Below, one piece after another: positions 30,271 to 40,417 of a DNA stretch of 64,000 nucleotides. Both the position numbers and the translations under genes were made by a program. Source of the stretch: Alphaproteobacteria bacterium (lineage in GTDB: Bacteria > Pseudomonadota > Alphaproteobacteria > RF32 > CAG-239); contig JAFUEX010000016.1 of the NCBI GenBank assembly GCA_017470165.1, positions 5,020 to 69,019 of the forward strand, in the 5' to 3' direction. Under the pieces are notes generated by a model that was not told the origin of the DNA, ran no database searches, and saw only the letters and a program-made list of their open reading frames with translations. The first letter of the stretch is position 1. Every line of letters begins with the position of its first letter.

Positions 30271-32730
30271 GTGAACAAAAAATCTGCCATAATCAACGAG
30301 ATAGACAAAGCACGGCTCAAGTTTTCCATTGAGCACTATATTGAATATTTTATCGGCAAACGCGTTTGCGAAATCACTAAGGACGAGGCGTTGCAAGCCA
30401 TTGCCTTGGCAGTGCGCGAGTTTGCCATGGACAAGATGTACCAAACCATTGCCCGCTACAACAAATGCAATTCCAAGCGTGTTTACTACCTTTCTATCGA
30501 ATATCTTTTGGGCCGTTCGCTGGAAAACAACCTCCATTCTTTGGGGCTGTTTGACATCATCAAAAGCATCAAAATCGATGGTTTTCCCGACATCTCTTTA
30601 GAAGAAATTTTTGACACCGAATATGATCCGGCCTTAGGTAATGGCGGCTTGGGGCGACTGGCGGCTTGCTATCTCGATTCGATGGCCTCGCTGGGCATCG
30701 CCGGATTCGGCTATGGCATCAACTACAAATTCGGCCTCTTCAAACAAAAATTCGAAAACGGCTATCAGGTAGAACAGGCTGACACTTGGCTGGGTGAAGA
30801 ATCACCGTGGCAGTTTGCCCGTCACGACCGCGTAGTAAAGATTCCCATCTACGGTAATGTCGAAATCCTCAACAACCCCGACGGCACCCAAGATTTTATG
30901 TGGATGAACACCAAAACCATCTACGGAGTTCCCTTTGATTTTCCGATCGTCGGCTATGGCGGCCGTTCGGTTAACTATCTGCGCCTTTTCTCGGCCAAAA
31001 CCGACGACGAGCTCGACATCAATGTCTTCAACAAAGGCGGCTATATCGAGGCCATGAAAGACAAAATCGAAACCGAGACCATCTCCAAGGTTCTCTATCC
31101 TGCCGATGATGTTGAATCCGGCAAAGAACTGCGCCTCAAACAGCAATATTTCTTTGTTTCCTGCGCCATCCAAGACATCATCCGTCGTTTTTTGGAAAAG
31201 AGCAACGACTTCAAAAAACTTCCCACCAAGGTTGTCATCCAGCTCAACGACACTCATCCGGCCATTGCCATTGCCGAAATGATGCGTCTTTTGGTAGATG
31301 TTCACGGCTTGGAATGGGACGATGCCTGGGACATAACTTCGCAGTGCTTTGCCTACACCAATCACACCCTGCTTCCCGAAGCGCTTGAGACCTGGCCGGC
31401 GTCGCTCATCGGCCGAATGCTGCCTCGGCATTTGCAAATCATCTACGAGATTAACCGCCGCTTTATGGAATTTGCCCGTTTGCGCTTTGGCAACGACGAG
31501 GCCAAACTCAGCAAAGTATCAATTGTCTCGGGCGAGGGCGACCGCCAAATCATCCGTATGGCCAATCTTTCAATTGTCGGCTCATTTTCGGTCAATGGCG
31601 TGGCCGCCATCCACTCCGAGCTCATCAAGACCAAGCTGGTGCCCGAATTTTACGAGCTTTGGCCCGAAAAGTTCCTCAACATCACCAACGGCATAACTCC
31701 GCGCCGCTGGCTGTTGCACGCCAACACCGCGCTTGCCGGCCTTATTAGCGGCAAAATCGGCGATGATTGGGTCACCAAACTTGATGACTTAAGCCGGCTC
31801 GAGCCGCTGGTTAACGACAAAAGATTTATCCGCCAGCTCGGCGAGGTCAAACTGTCCAACAAACAGCGTCTTACCAAGGTTATTCACAAAGCCTGCGGCG
31901 TTATGGTCAACCCCGACAGTATGTTCATCGTTCACGCCAAACGCATCCACGAATATAAGCGTCAGTTGATGACCATTCTGCAGGTTATCGGCGATTATCT
32001 CTCCATCATCAAAGATAACCACCGCCCCAAGGTTGCCAAAACCTACATCTTTGCCGGCAAAGCGGCCCCGTCTTATAACTTTGCCAAATTGATTATCAAG
32101 TTGATTAACAATGTAGCGGATGTAATCAACAATGATCCCAATGTCGGCGATATGCTCAAAGTAGTATTCATCCCCGATTACAAGGTATCATTGGCCGAGG
32201 TGCTTATTCCGGCGGCCGATTTGAGCCTGCAGGTTTCCACTGCCGGTTTCGAAGCCTCGGGCACTTCCAATATGAAATTTGCCCTCAACGGGGCTTTAAC
32301 TCTCGGGACTCTTGATGGCGCCAATATTGAGATTCGCGAAGCCGTCGGCGAGGACAATTTTTACCTTTTCGGTCTCACCGAAGCCGAGGTTCAAGCTCGC
32401 CGCGAAACATACAATCCGCGAGCCATTTACGAAACCAACAACTACATCAAGCGCATCCTCAACGCCGTCAATTCAAATATGTTCTGCGAAAAGGACTATA
32501 TGTTGCTGTTCAAGCCGATCGTTGAGGAGCTGCTCAACCGCGATTACTATTTCATTTTGGCCGATTTGGTTGCATTTGCCCAAACCTTTGAGCGCATCGA
32601 GGCCGATTTCCAAGACAAGTCCAAATGGCACACCATGACCCTAAACAACATCGCGCGCATCGGCAAATTCTCATCCGACCGCTCGGTTTTGGAATATGCC
32701 TCCGATATCTGGCACATCAAATCCTGCTAG
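30271..32730 (+). CDS. glgP: glycogen/maltodextrin (alpha-glucan) phosphorylase
   Basis: GNGGLGRLAACYLDS; the PLP-site region EASGTSNMKFALNGALTLGTLDGANIEI; 819 aa. GTG start after AGGGGA. Confidence 0.95.
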   Translation: MNKKSAIINEIDKARLKFSIEHYIEYFIGKRVCEITKDEALQAIALAVREFAMDKMYQTIARYNKCNSKRVYYLSIEYLLGRSLENNLHSLGLFDIIKSIKIDGFPDISLEEIFDTEYDPALGNGGLGRLAACYLDSMASLGIAGFGYGINYKFGLFKQKFENGYQVEQADTWLGEESPWQFARHDRVVKIPIYGNVEILNNPDGTQDFMWMNTKTIYGVPFDFPIVGYGGRSVNYLRLFSAKTDDELDINVFNKGGYIEAMKDKIETETISKVLYPADDVESGKELRLKQQYFFVSCAIQDIIRRFLEKSNDFKKLPTKVVIQLNDTHPAIAIAEMMRLLVDVHGLEWDDAWDITSQCFAYTNHTLLPEALETWPASLIGRMLPRHLQIIYEINRRFMEFARLRFGNDEAKLSKVSIVSGEGDRQIIRMANLSIVGSFSVNGVAAIHSELIKTKLVPEFYELWPEKFLNITNGITPRRWLLHANTALAGLISGKIGDDWVTKLDDLSRLEPLVNDKRFIRQLGEVKLSNKQRLTKVIHKACGVMVNPDSMFIVHAKRIHEYKRQLMTILQVIGDYLSIIKDNHRPKVAKTYIFAGKAAPSYNFAKLIIKLINNVADVINNDPNVGDMLKVVFIPDYKVSLAEVLIPAADLSLQVSTAGFEASGTSNMKFALNGALTLGTLDGANIEIREAVGEDNFYLFGLTEAEVQARRETYNPRAIYETNNYIKRILNAVNSNMFCEKDYMLLFKPIVEELLNRDYYFILADLVAFAQTFERIEADFQDKSKWHTMTLNNIARIGKFSSDRSVLEYASDIWHIKSC

Positions 32731-32755
32731 CTTCGGCCTCCGATTCGTCCCTATT

Positions 32756-32789
32756 TATTCCGCAGTTTTTTAGCTGCGGAATATTTTTT
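32756..32789 (+). terminator. rho-independent terminator after glgP
   Basis: TATTCCGCAG-ttttttag-CTGCGGAATA followed by T6. Confidence 0.75.
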
Positions 32790-32829
32790 GCCAAATTTAA
32801 AGAATTTTATCAAATTTGACAAATTTAAC

Positions 32830-32857
32830 TTGATTTTGTCACGTTTTTCTGTATAAT
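32830..32857 (+). promoter_or_regulatory. sigma70-type promoter with extended -10 (TTGATT-N16-TGTATAAT)
   Basis: TTGATT at 32830-32835 and TATAAT at 32852-32857, preceded by TG. Lies 30 nt upstream of the GGGAG RBS and ATG of the orphan gene. Confidence 0.55.
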
Positions 32858-32886
32858 GAGCGGAAAAACTATTGGGAGATTGTTCT

Positions 32887-33975
32887 ATGGAAAACACCGC
32901 TGATTTGCAAAACCCCGCCTCATCTGCTAATTCTGAGGCCGCTATACCCGACGACGAAGCCAAAATCGTTCTCAATTTAGGACCCTTGCCCGAGGATTAT
33001 TTTGACCAATACATTACCAAAATAATCGAGGATGAAATCTCTTCCGGAAAAATATCCAAAAAGAGAAAAAACGCTATGATTAAGGCGCGCAAACAAGCTG
33101 TACTTTCTTCGCTCAAAGACGGCATATGTTCGTTCAACCCGCAAATGTTCAACGAAGCCTATCAGAACTACATCAGCATTATGGACGAAAACGGCTACCT
33201 TTCCGTCCTCAAACCGGAAACCATTGATCAGGTTCTTCCCTCAATTTCTTACCAAGTTCCCGAGTTTCAGGAGATTAACGCCGCTATTGAGCTTTATGAT
33301 GCCTATTCGGTGCTCACATCTTCTCCCGCCACTCTTAACACCAAAAGCATCAACGAATTTATTCAAAGGGTTGACAACTACAAATCCGTACTTTCACCCG
33401 ACAACCTTTCCAGCATTTATTATCACACAGCGCTGGCCTTTGATGGTGTCAATGTTAACGCCAAAACTCAAGAAAGCGCTGATCAATATTTGCTCAAAGC
33501 CCTGAGTTTGACCAGTTCACCCAAAATGATTGATTCAGTTACCAAACTTTTGCCGGACACACCTTCCAAAACTGTTCTCACCCGCGGCGCCTGTGTAAGA
33601 GCTGCGCGTGTTCAGGTCTACAGTGATGACAAAAAACCGCTTGAACCGCACAATCTTTATATCATTCACAAAATCTATGGCGACACCTATCGCAAACCTT
33701 TTGTCATCGGTTTCAAACTCCGCGAAGCTCGCGCCAATTATAAAATATATAACCGCAAAGCCGCATGGCACTACAACATTGCCTTGCAATATTGCGAAGA
33801 CGATGCCGAAAAGATATCGCTTTTATCCGATATCGCAGCCACTGGCGGCAAAAGCCGTTCGGATGACATCAACCGCAAATATTTCCAAGATTTGCTCACT
33901 TCCGGCAATACCGACACACGTCCCTATGCGCGCTCTGAAGCTCCCATCGGCCCTGTTGCCTCGCGCGAACGCTAA
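32887..33975 (+). CDS. hypothetical soluble protein (orphan, 362 aa)
   Basis: ATG at 32887 with a GGGAG RBS. No signal peptide, TM helix or domain was recognised. Confidence 0.55.
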   Translation: MENTADLQNPASSANSEAAIPDDEAKIVLNLGPLPEDYFDQYITKIIEDEISSGKISKKRKNAMIKARKQAVLSSLKDGICSFNPQMFNEAYQNYISIMDENGYLSVLKPETIDQVLPSISYQVPEFQEINAAIELYDAYSVLTSSPATLNTKSINEFIQRVDNYKSVLSPDNLSSIYYHTALAFDGVNVNAKTQESADQYLLKALSLTSSPKMIDSVTKLLPDTPSKTVLTRGACVRAARVQVYSDDKKPLEPHNLYIIHKIYGDTYRKPFVIGFKLREARANYKIYNRKAAWHYNIALQYCEDDAEKISLLSDIAATGGKSRSDDINRKYFQDLLTSGNTDTRPYARSEAPIGPVASRER

Positions 33976-33988
33976 ATCCTAAATCCCC

Positions 33989-34026
33989 GAGCGGCCGGCC
34001 TTGTTATTTGTTATTCGGCCGCTTTT
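33989..34026 (+). terminator. terminator after the 362-aa orphan gene
   Basis: GCGGCCG ... CGGCCGC stem followed by TTTT. Confidence 0.5.
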
Positions 34027-34032
34027 CCCCGC

Positions 34033-34067
34033 AAAAAAATGCCTTGTCTCCCCACAAGGCATTTTTG
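34033..34067 (-). terminator. terminator after the 773-aa orphan gene
   Basis: AATGCCTTGT-ctcccc-ACAAGGCATT, with U7 on the minus-strand transcript. Confidence 0.7.
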
Positions 34068-34086
34068 CTTATCTTTTTTTGTTATC

Positions 34087-36408
34087 TCATCTTATCTTAT
34101 TTACTCTCCGCCCGACGGCCAAAGACTTATTCCTGTTACTCCCTCCGCCATTACCGTTATTGTTATGCGACCGCTGATTATTTTGCTGGTTACCGGACTG
34201 CTGATTATTCTGCGATCCGCTTTTATCAGCACTCGCCTTCGGAAAAGTAAACTTCAAGTTGTCCGATTTTAACAGCACTACACCATCGCAAACGCCTGAT
34301 AACAACGTATCATATTTACTATCTATGTTTCTTATCACATTTTCCCATTTACCCGCGGAGTTACTTTCAGATTTGGAATAAAGTTCATTAATCTCCGCCA
34401 AAACATTACCGCGTTCGGTTTTGATATAACTATCCAAAAACTTCTGCAACTTACCATCTTTACTGTGCAAGCTCTCATCCAACGGATTATATATCTCATA
34501 CATCAATTTGCCGCCGGCATCCCGCATCAAATTTCCTGAAACGTCAACTCTGGGCATCACCCCTTTGCTTATGCTTTCAACCAACACCCGCATAGCTTTT
34601 TTGGCGGTGATAATATCAATCTTATCCAGCTCTCCGTTACCAACGCCGGCCGCCAAATTTTCCATCATACTTTCTTTGCTCTTATTAATAAAATAAGCAA
34701 ACCGCGCGTGCTGCAAAAACTGCATATTATACGGTGACAAATCTTCGGTTCCCGGCTTCATCATCTGATGTGCAAACCGCAAAGCAAACTCCACACCTTT
34801 TGCCTTGCTGGCATCTGGAAACTCCTCAAATGCCTTAGCCATATCTTTGGCTTCACCGGCGCCGAATTTCGGTGTATCCGGCAACTTGGGCACTATTCCG
34901 CTCGAAATACACCCTTCCAAAAAAGCCTTATACGCATCTTTCGGAATACCGCTTCCCGGAGCCGGAATCACAAAATATTTGCACCCCTGTTTGCTAAACG
35001 CTTTCAAAATCGAGGCCGCGGCATTTTTATCCAACTTGGCCAAGTTTTGATCATACAACTTACAAACCGGCGGCGGCCCGTATCTGTAACGCAGCTCCAA
35101 TATCGAAGTACGGCTCTTAATGCCAGTCTTTTTATCAATCTTACCTTCGTTGAGCATATCTTTTTCACTGCCCCACACCATCATCCTAAAGCCGCCCCAC
35201 CCCGGAACTATCTTAATCACCTCCGGACTGACGTGCTTCTCCTTATATTTATCATACAGCGCCTTCAGTGCATCGTCCTTGAGCTTGCGGTCCACTTCTT
35301 TTATACGTTGGGGCGCCATAAACTGAAAACTATCTCCTTCCGGAATGTCCTTGCCATCATCGGTGTGGCCTCGGGCATAATTCGTCAGTAACTGCCTGCC
35401 CCCACCGGCCACTTGAGAATTTTCTGCAGTGTCTTGCGTTTCATCATCGGCGATATCGTATCTCTCAACCGACTGATTGACAAACTTGACCGTATTACGG
35501 CCTTCTCCGGCGTCATCCAATCTGACAAAACCACTCAAGTGATCGGCCAAACGCCGCCCATCATCTCCAGCGACCTTAACACTTTCCAGCTCTTTAATCC
35601 CCTCTTTTTCCAGCGTTACCCCAGCAACCTTAAAATATTTTTTCAACGCTTGCACTTGCTTGATACTTACTTCTTCCAGCTTTTGGTCTTTCTCGGCACT
35701 TACCTCTTCCGGCTTTGAGCCTTTTTTCTCCGAGTGAATAATCACCACTCGGTTATTGGCTATTATCAAATCCAGTCCGCTTCCGTCCAAGTCGGATATC
35801 CGGTGTTTCACTATTTTACCATCTTGACCATCCACCATTTTCCAACTATGTTCTCCGCTGTAACGGAGGTCATTTTCATGCGCAGCCAAACGCTCCTCGC
35901 CCCCCTGCCAATTTTCTTGCAGCAGTCCTTTCCATATAGCCGAAAAATTCGGTTCCCCTCTCATCGCATAGAGCTTATCCACCAAATTTTTATCCGGAAA
36001 CATTGAAATAGCATTGGCAATTTCCCAACACCGACGCAATTCAGGCGACAACTCCTCGGGCGAAGCATTTGGTTTCTTCATTGCCTCACACACTTCACCA
36101 AACTTATCCCCCCACTCCGGCAGCTCCTCTTTTTCTTCCGGCCGATTTGTCTCTTCCTCTTTAGCCTTCGGTTTATCTATCTCGTCACCCTCGCTATCCG
36201 TATACTGCGAGTTGTTATCCATTATCTCGCGCAACCGCTGCTGCACTGCCAAAATTTTCCGCCAACGCGCATCATCCGATGTTCCATCGTCCACACCTGC
36301 CATCTTCATTATATTGTCAAACGACAAATATCCGCCGTTTTCCGGCGCCTCTTTATCAAACTTTGCCCCTTCGCTCGGACGAATCTTAACATAAGTAAAA
36401 CCAGACAT
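34087..36408 (-). CDS. hypothetical large soluble protein (orphan, 773 aa) with a Gln/Asn/Gly-rich, basic C-terminal tail
   Basis: ATG at 36408 preceded by GGAGAG. No signal peptide or TM helix. The C-terminus is ..SGSQNNQQSGNQQNNQRSHNNNGNGGGSNRNKSLAVGRRVNKIR. Confidence 0.6.
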   Translation of the reverse strand: MSGFTYVKIRPSEGAKFDKEAPENGGYLSFDNIMKMAGVDDGTSDDARWRKILAVQQRLREIMDNNSQYTDSEGDEIDKPKAKEEETNRPEEKEELPEWGDKFGEVCEAMKKPNASPEELSPELRRCWEIANAISMFPDKNLVDKLYAMRGEPNFSAIWKGLLQENWQGGEERLAAHENDLRYSGEHSWKMVDGQDGKIVKHRISDLDGSGLDLIIANNRVVIIHSEKKGSKPEEVSAEKDQKLEEVSIKQVQALKKYFKVAGVTLEKEGIKELESVKVAGDDGRRLADHLSGFVRLDDAGEGRNTVKFVNQSVERYDIADDETQDTAENSQVAGGGRQLLTNYARGHTDDGKDIPEGDSFQFMAPQRIKEVDRKLKDDALKALYDKYKEKHVSPEVIKIVPGWGGFRMMVWGSEKDMLNEGKIDKKTGIKSRTSILELRYRYGPPPVCKLYDQNLAKLDKNAAASILKAFSKQGCKYFVIPAPGSGIPKDAYKAFLEGCISSGIVPKLPDTPKFGAGEAKDMAKAFEEFPDASKAKGVEFALRFAHQMMKPGTEDLSPYNMQFLQHARFAYFINKSKESMMENLAAGVGNGELDKIDIITAKKAMRVLVESISKGVMPRVDVSGNLMRDAGGKLMYEIYNPLDESLHSKDGKLQKFLDSYIKTERGNVLAEINELYSKSESNSAGKWENVIRNIDSKYDTLLSGVCDGVVLLKSDNLKFTFPKASADKSGSQNNQQSGNQQNNQRSHNNNGNGGGSNRNKSLAVGRRVNKIR

Positions 36409-36556
36409 AGCTTTTCTCTCCACCATCGGACTTTTTCGAATTACTCATATGATAGCACAACTTTATTGCCGATGCAACAAATTTTGTCCAAAAAACCTCA
36501 CCCTCCATTCTACTCTGCCCATACCTAACAAACTCTTAAAATTACGTTGTTTTCCT

Positions 36557-36581
36557 AAAAAAGCAGCTTATTTCAAGCTGC
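36557..36581 (-). terminator. rho-independent terminator after def
   Basis: GCAGCTT-atttc-AAGCTGC, with U6 on the minus-strand transcript. Confidence 0.7.
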
Positions 36582-36586
36582 CTTAT

Positions 36587-37099
36587 TTAATTACCCTCTT
36601 TGCGGTATTTTTCCAGTTTTTTCAACAACATCTGCCGCCGCAACCGACTGATATGATCAATATACAACACTCCGTCCAAATGGTCCAACTCGTGCTGCGC
36701 CGCCACTGCCAAAAAATCCTCTGCCAACAGCTCCTGCTCTTTGCCATAATAATCCTTATAGCGAATCCTTACTGCAGCCGGCCGCTCCACTTCGGCGCGC
36801 TGTGCCGGAATTGACAAACACCCCTCCTCACAAACCTTCTTCTCTTCCGAGCGCCACACAATCACCGGATTCACCATATAAATCGGTGCCGGTTCCTCAT
36901 CCTCGTGAGCAATATCAATCACCACAATCCGCTTTGCCACCCCGACCTGCGGCGCCGCCAGTCCGCAGCCGCCGCACTCATACATTGTCTCCAACATATC
37001 ATCCAAAAACTTGCGCATCTCATCATCCACCTCACCGGCATCAGCCGCCTTTTGCTTCAATATCGGATGCGGATATTCATACAGTTTTAATTTGCTCAT
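36587..37099 (-). CDS. def: peptide deformylase
   Basis: YPHPILKQKA, GCGLAAPQVG, EGCLSIP and HELDHLDG. Start set at MSKLKL (ATG at 37099). Confidence 0.93.
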   Translation of the reverse strand: MSKLKLYEYPHPILKQKAADAGEVDDEMRKFLDDMLETMYECGGCGLAAPQVGVAKRIVVIDIAHEDEEPAPIYMVNPVIVWRSEEKKVCEEGCLSIPAQRAEVERPAAVRIRYKDYYGKEQELLAEDFLAVAAQHELDHLDGVLYIDHISRLRRQMLLKKLEKYRKEGN

Positions 37100-37100
37100 C

Positions 37101-37598
37101 TCACTTCTGCCTGATATCTTTGGCAATTCCATCCAACAGTGCATTCACCATCTTAGGCTCGCCCTTGGAGAAAAACGCATAAGCTAAATCCACATATTCC
37201 TTCACCAACACTGCGCCGTCCACCGCTGTCTCATGCGCCAACTCATAAGCCGCACACAGCAGCAATGCTCGCAATGTCCCGTCAAACCGCTCAAACAGCC
37301 AGCCCTCTTTCAGATAAGCACCCAGCGATTTTTCGAGCTCTTCTTTGTTGCTTTGCACTCCTCTCACCAAATTGGTAAAATACTCGGCATCCATTGCCTC
37401 CACCTCAACCTGCTCTTCCATAATCTCATAGCCGTCGCTCACCTCATCAATCATATAGCGGCCTATCTCACCGGATACAAAATCCTTTATCACCACATCC
37501 ACCGGCAACTCGCCGTATTCCAGCATATAAGTTGCCTGCACCGCCGCCAGTCTGGCTGCCGATTTACGTTTAATCTTTTCCGAAATAAATTTTGCCAT
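37101..37598 (-). CDS. nusB: transcription antitermination factor NusB
   Basis: SAARLAAVQATYMLEY ... RALLLCAAYEL. Start set at MAKFISEK (ATG at 37598). Confidence 0.85.
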   Translation of the reverse strand: MAKFISEKIKRKSAARLAAVQATYMLEYGELPVDVVIKDFVSGEIGRYMIDEVSDGYEIMEEQVEVEAMDAEYFTNLVRGVQSNKEELEKSLGAYLKEGWLFERFDGTLRALLLCAAYELAHETAVDGAVLVKEYVDLAYAFFSKGEPKMVNALLDGIAKDIRQK

Positions 37599-37602
37599 TA
37601 CT

Positions 37603-38076
37603 CTAATCTCCTCCCTGAGGTTTTGCCAAATGCTCCAAATCTTCCAAAAAGTCTTCAAAATCTTTCGGCTCGCGAAAGTCCTTATACACCGAGGCAAATC
37701 TTATATACGCCACATGATCCAGCGCCGCCAGAGCTTCCATTGCCAACTCCCCGATTCTGGTTGACAACACTTCGGCCTCACCGGTGCTCTCCAACCGCCG
37801 CTGGATAGAGCTGACAATCTTCTCCACCCGCTCCGAGCTCACCGGCCGCTTACGCACTGCCAAAAAAATCGAGCGCGCCAACTTATCACGGTCAAACATC
37901 ACCCTTTCGCCGTTTTTCTTCACCACGGTCAAATCCCGCAGCTGCACGTGTTCAAAGGTTGTAAACCTTTGCCCGCACTCCGGACATTCTCTTCGTCTTC
38001 TGACCGCAGTCTCATCGTCGGTGTTGCGTGAATCTTTCACCTGCGTGTCATTGCACCCGCAAAACGGACATTTCAT
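37603..38076 (-). CDS. nrdR: transcriptional repressor NrdR
   Basis: [17 protein letters not shown]...[17 protein letters not shown] zinc ribbon plus an ATP-cone. Confidence 0.95.
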   Translation of the reverse strand: MKCPFCGCNDTQVKDSRNTDDETAVRRRRECPECGQRFTTFEHVQLRDLTVVKKNGERVMFDRDKLARSIFLAVRKRPVSSERVEKIVSSIQRRLESTGEAEVLSTRIGELAMEALAALDHVAYIRFASVYKDFREPKDFEDFLEDLEHLAKPQGGD

Positions 38077-38078
38077 AA

Positions 38079-39425
38079 TCAATGTTTCCCTTTTTCAATC
38101 AGGCTCTCGCTTACCTTATACATCTTTGAAGAATATCTGGCTCCTTTTATAAGAACAATATCATTATTTTGCAAGCAGTTATTTAACAAAAATTCATCCA
38201 CCCCTTCAAAAGAAGCAAAATAATGCTTTTCTTTGGCATCGCTCACCTGAGCCAGCAAATCTTTCGTCTCCTCACACACCCCGATAACCACATCAGCACC
38301 GCTTTTCTCCGCTGCCTGACCGATTTCAATATGCCTTGCTTTTGAGGTGGCGCCCAATTCGGCCATCTTGCCCAACACCAATATTTTACGGCCTTTACCC
38401 TCCATTTTGGCCAAAGCCTCAATCGCCAGTTTGCAAGCCTCCGGCTGTCCAGAATAACTATCATCAATCAGCGTATATTCGCCCCCCTTAGGCAGTCTCA
38501 GGTGATGTTTGGCGCCTCTTCCCGCCAAAGCCGTAAAATTATTCAGCGCCGGCAAACTCTTTTTCTCATCCAACCCCAACGCTTCTATTGTTTTCAGCAC
38601 ACACCACGCATTATAAAAATTATGCTCGCCATCATCTTGCAATTGCAGTTTCAGCTCTGAGTGATGCTGCTTGCCGAATTTATAAACTTTCAGTCCGTTT
38701 TCTTCTGCCCGTGACTGCAAAATATCCGCAAAATTGGTATCCTCATTAATAATTGCCGCCCCGCCTTTTTTCACTCCCTGAAAAATCTCGGCCTTAGCCT
38801 CGGCAATCCCTTGCAAATTCTCAAAAAACTCTATGTGCATCGGATAAACATTGGTCACTATCGCCATATCCGGCCGCGCGTACGCCGTCAGCTCGGCAAT
38901 CTCGCCTTTCGCACTCATCCCCATTTCAATAATGGCAAAATCGGCAGTCATATCCATATCGCATAAGGTTATCGGCACCCCGATATTGTTGTTAAAATTT
39001 CCTTGTGTAGCATAAACCTTGCCATATTGGCTCAAAGCCGCCTTCAGCTCCTCTTTGGTCGTGGTCTTGCCCGAACTGCCGGTCAGCCCGATTACCTTCC
39101 CCTTAAACTGCTGCCGGTTATACGCACCGATTCGCCCAAATGCTTTTAAGGTATCGGCTACCACCAATTGCCGATCGACTGCCGCCTCTGCAATCTTATG
39201 GTCCACTATCACGGCCGCCGCCCCTTTTTGCAAAACTTCATTCACAAAATTATGCCCGTCAAATTTTTCGCCGCGCAACGCTACAAACAAATCTCCGGCC
39301 GCCACCTTTCGCGAGTCGGTAGTAACCCGCTCAATCTCAGCTTGAGCAATTATCCCATCACATTCCAGTATTTCCGCCAATTTTCTTGTGCTGATTTTTT
39401 GCATACCCTTGTGCCTTTTCTTCAA
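38079..39425 (-). CDS. murF: UDP-N-acetylmuramoyl-tripeptide--D-alanyl-D-alanine ligase
   Basis: [26 protein letters not shown] and [13 protein letters not shown]. The start could instead be the internal Met (MQKIS, 39404). Confidence 0.9.
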   Translation of the reverse strand: MKKRHKGMQKISTRKLAEILECDGIIAQAEIERVTTDSRKVAAGDLFVALRGEKFDGHNFVNEVLQKGAAAVIVDHKIAEAAVDRQLVVADTLKAFGRIGAYNRQQFKGKVIGLTGSSGKTTTKEELKAALSQYGKVYATQGNFNNNIGVPITLCDMDMTADFAIIEMGMSAKGEIAELTAYARPDMAIVTNVYPMHIEFFENLQGIAEAKAEIFQGVKKGGAAIINEDTNFADILQSRAEENGLKVYKFGKQHHSELKLQLQDDGEHNFYNAWCVLKTIEALGLDEKKSLPALNNFTALAGRGAKHHLRLPKGGEYTLIDDSYSGQPEACKLAIEALAKMEGKGRKILVLGKMAELGATSKARHIEIGQAAEKSGADVVIGVCEETKDLLAQVSDAKEKHYFASFEGVDEFLLNNCLQNNDIVLIKGARYSSKMYKVSESLIEKGKH

Positions 39426-39592
39426 TTTTGTTTTCCGCTTATTTAACCGTCAGCCTAGCATACAAAGCTGAATAAATTATTTATTTTTTCTAGACAAAAT
39501 TATGTCTTGCCAAATTCGCAAATTTATGTTATAACCACCTTCAATAAATTAGAGATATTAAATTATTGTTCCACTTAAATATTTTAATAAAT

Positions 39593-40345
39593 ATGAAAAA
39601 GTTAAATTTAATCGGCTTAGTGCTAATATGCCTATGCCTAACCTCCTGCAACAAGATATTCAAGCAGGATTACGAACAAGCAGTTCGTGTCGATGGTAAG
39701 CCAACCGGTTTTTATTACTACTCCTATGCCGGAGTAGAAGGCTCTTGGGGCATTCGCAATCAAGAGGGAAAGGAATTAATACCTCGCAAATACGACAAAA
39801 TGAGGTATTTAGGCAACTTTTTTGTTGCTGACAGCAACAAGGAAAAAATTGCCTTCTCTCTGGAAGGAGAAAGATTATTTAGCGCCACTGATATTTTTCA
39901 GTCAGGCTTTAAGTACTTTCTTATAAGCCAAAATCCGGCCAAGAAATTCAGTGTTTACAACGCTTTGACCAAGAAAACTCTTGGCGAATGGAGCGGCGTA
40001 ACCGTGTTCTGTCACGGCTTGAATATGTACTACCTTATTCAAAACGCTGAGGGATTGAGTGTCATAACTGCCAACGGTGAAGAGGTCATTGCTCCTGAAT
40101 ACAAGGAGCTTTACACCGTAACCGAGGTCTACACCAAAAACAAAAAAGAGTTGCAAAACAACTATTTTGTTGTTTTTGATGGCAAGCGTTATCACAAGTT
40201 TGGCCTAAAAGGCGATAAAGGACCAAACTTAGAGGCCAAGCAATGGGAAGCCGAAAAGGCAAAAATTCTCAAAGCTGCCGAAAAAAACAAGTCTTCGGTT
40301 AAGAAAATCGAGCTCGTAACCGACTGGGCTGCACGCAATCGCTGA
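39593..40345 (+). CDS. WG-repeat-containing lipoprotein
   Basis: MKKLNLIGLVLICLCLTSC lipobox; GSWGIRNQEGKELIPRKYDKM and GLSVITANGEEVIAPEYKEL resemble WG/KWG repeats. The DNA is visibly AT-richer. Confidence 0.55.
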   Translation: MKKLNLIGLVLICLCLTSCNKIFKQDYEQAVRVDGKPTGFYYYSYAGVEGSWGIRNQEGKELIPRKYDKMRYLGNFFVADSNKEKIAFSLEGERLFSATDIFQSGFKYFLISQNPAKKFSVYNALTKKTLGEWSGVTVFCHGLNMYYLIQNAEGLSVITANGEEVIAPEYKELYTVTEVYTKNKKELQNNYFVVFDGKRYHKFGLKGDKGPNLEAKQWEAEKAKILKAAEKNKSSVKKIELVTDWAARNR

Positions 40346-40350
40346 TACCC

Positions 40351-40393
40351 AAACCGCTGTTCTTTTGTCTTAAAGAACAGCGGTTTTGCTTTT
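40351..40393. terminator. bidirectional terminator between the lipoprotein gene and the adenosine kinase gene
   Basis: AAACCGCTGTTCTTT-tgtctt-AAAGAACAGCGGTTT followed by TGCTTTT. Confidence 0.75.
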
Positions 40394-40417
40394 CTCCTTC
40401 ACTCTCGAAGCAACACG

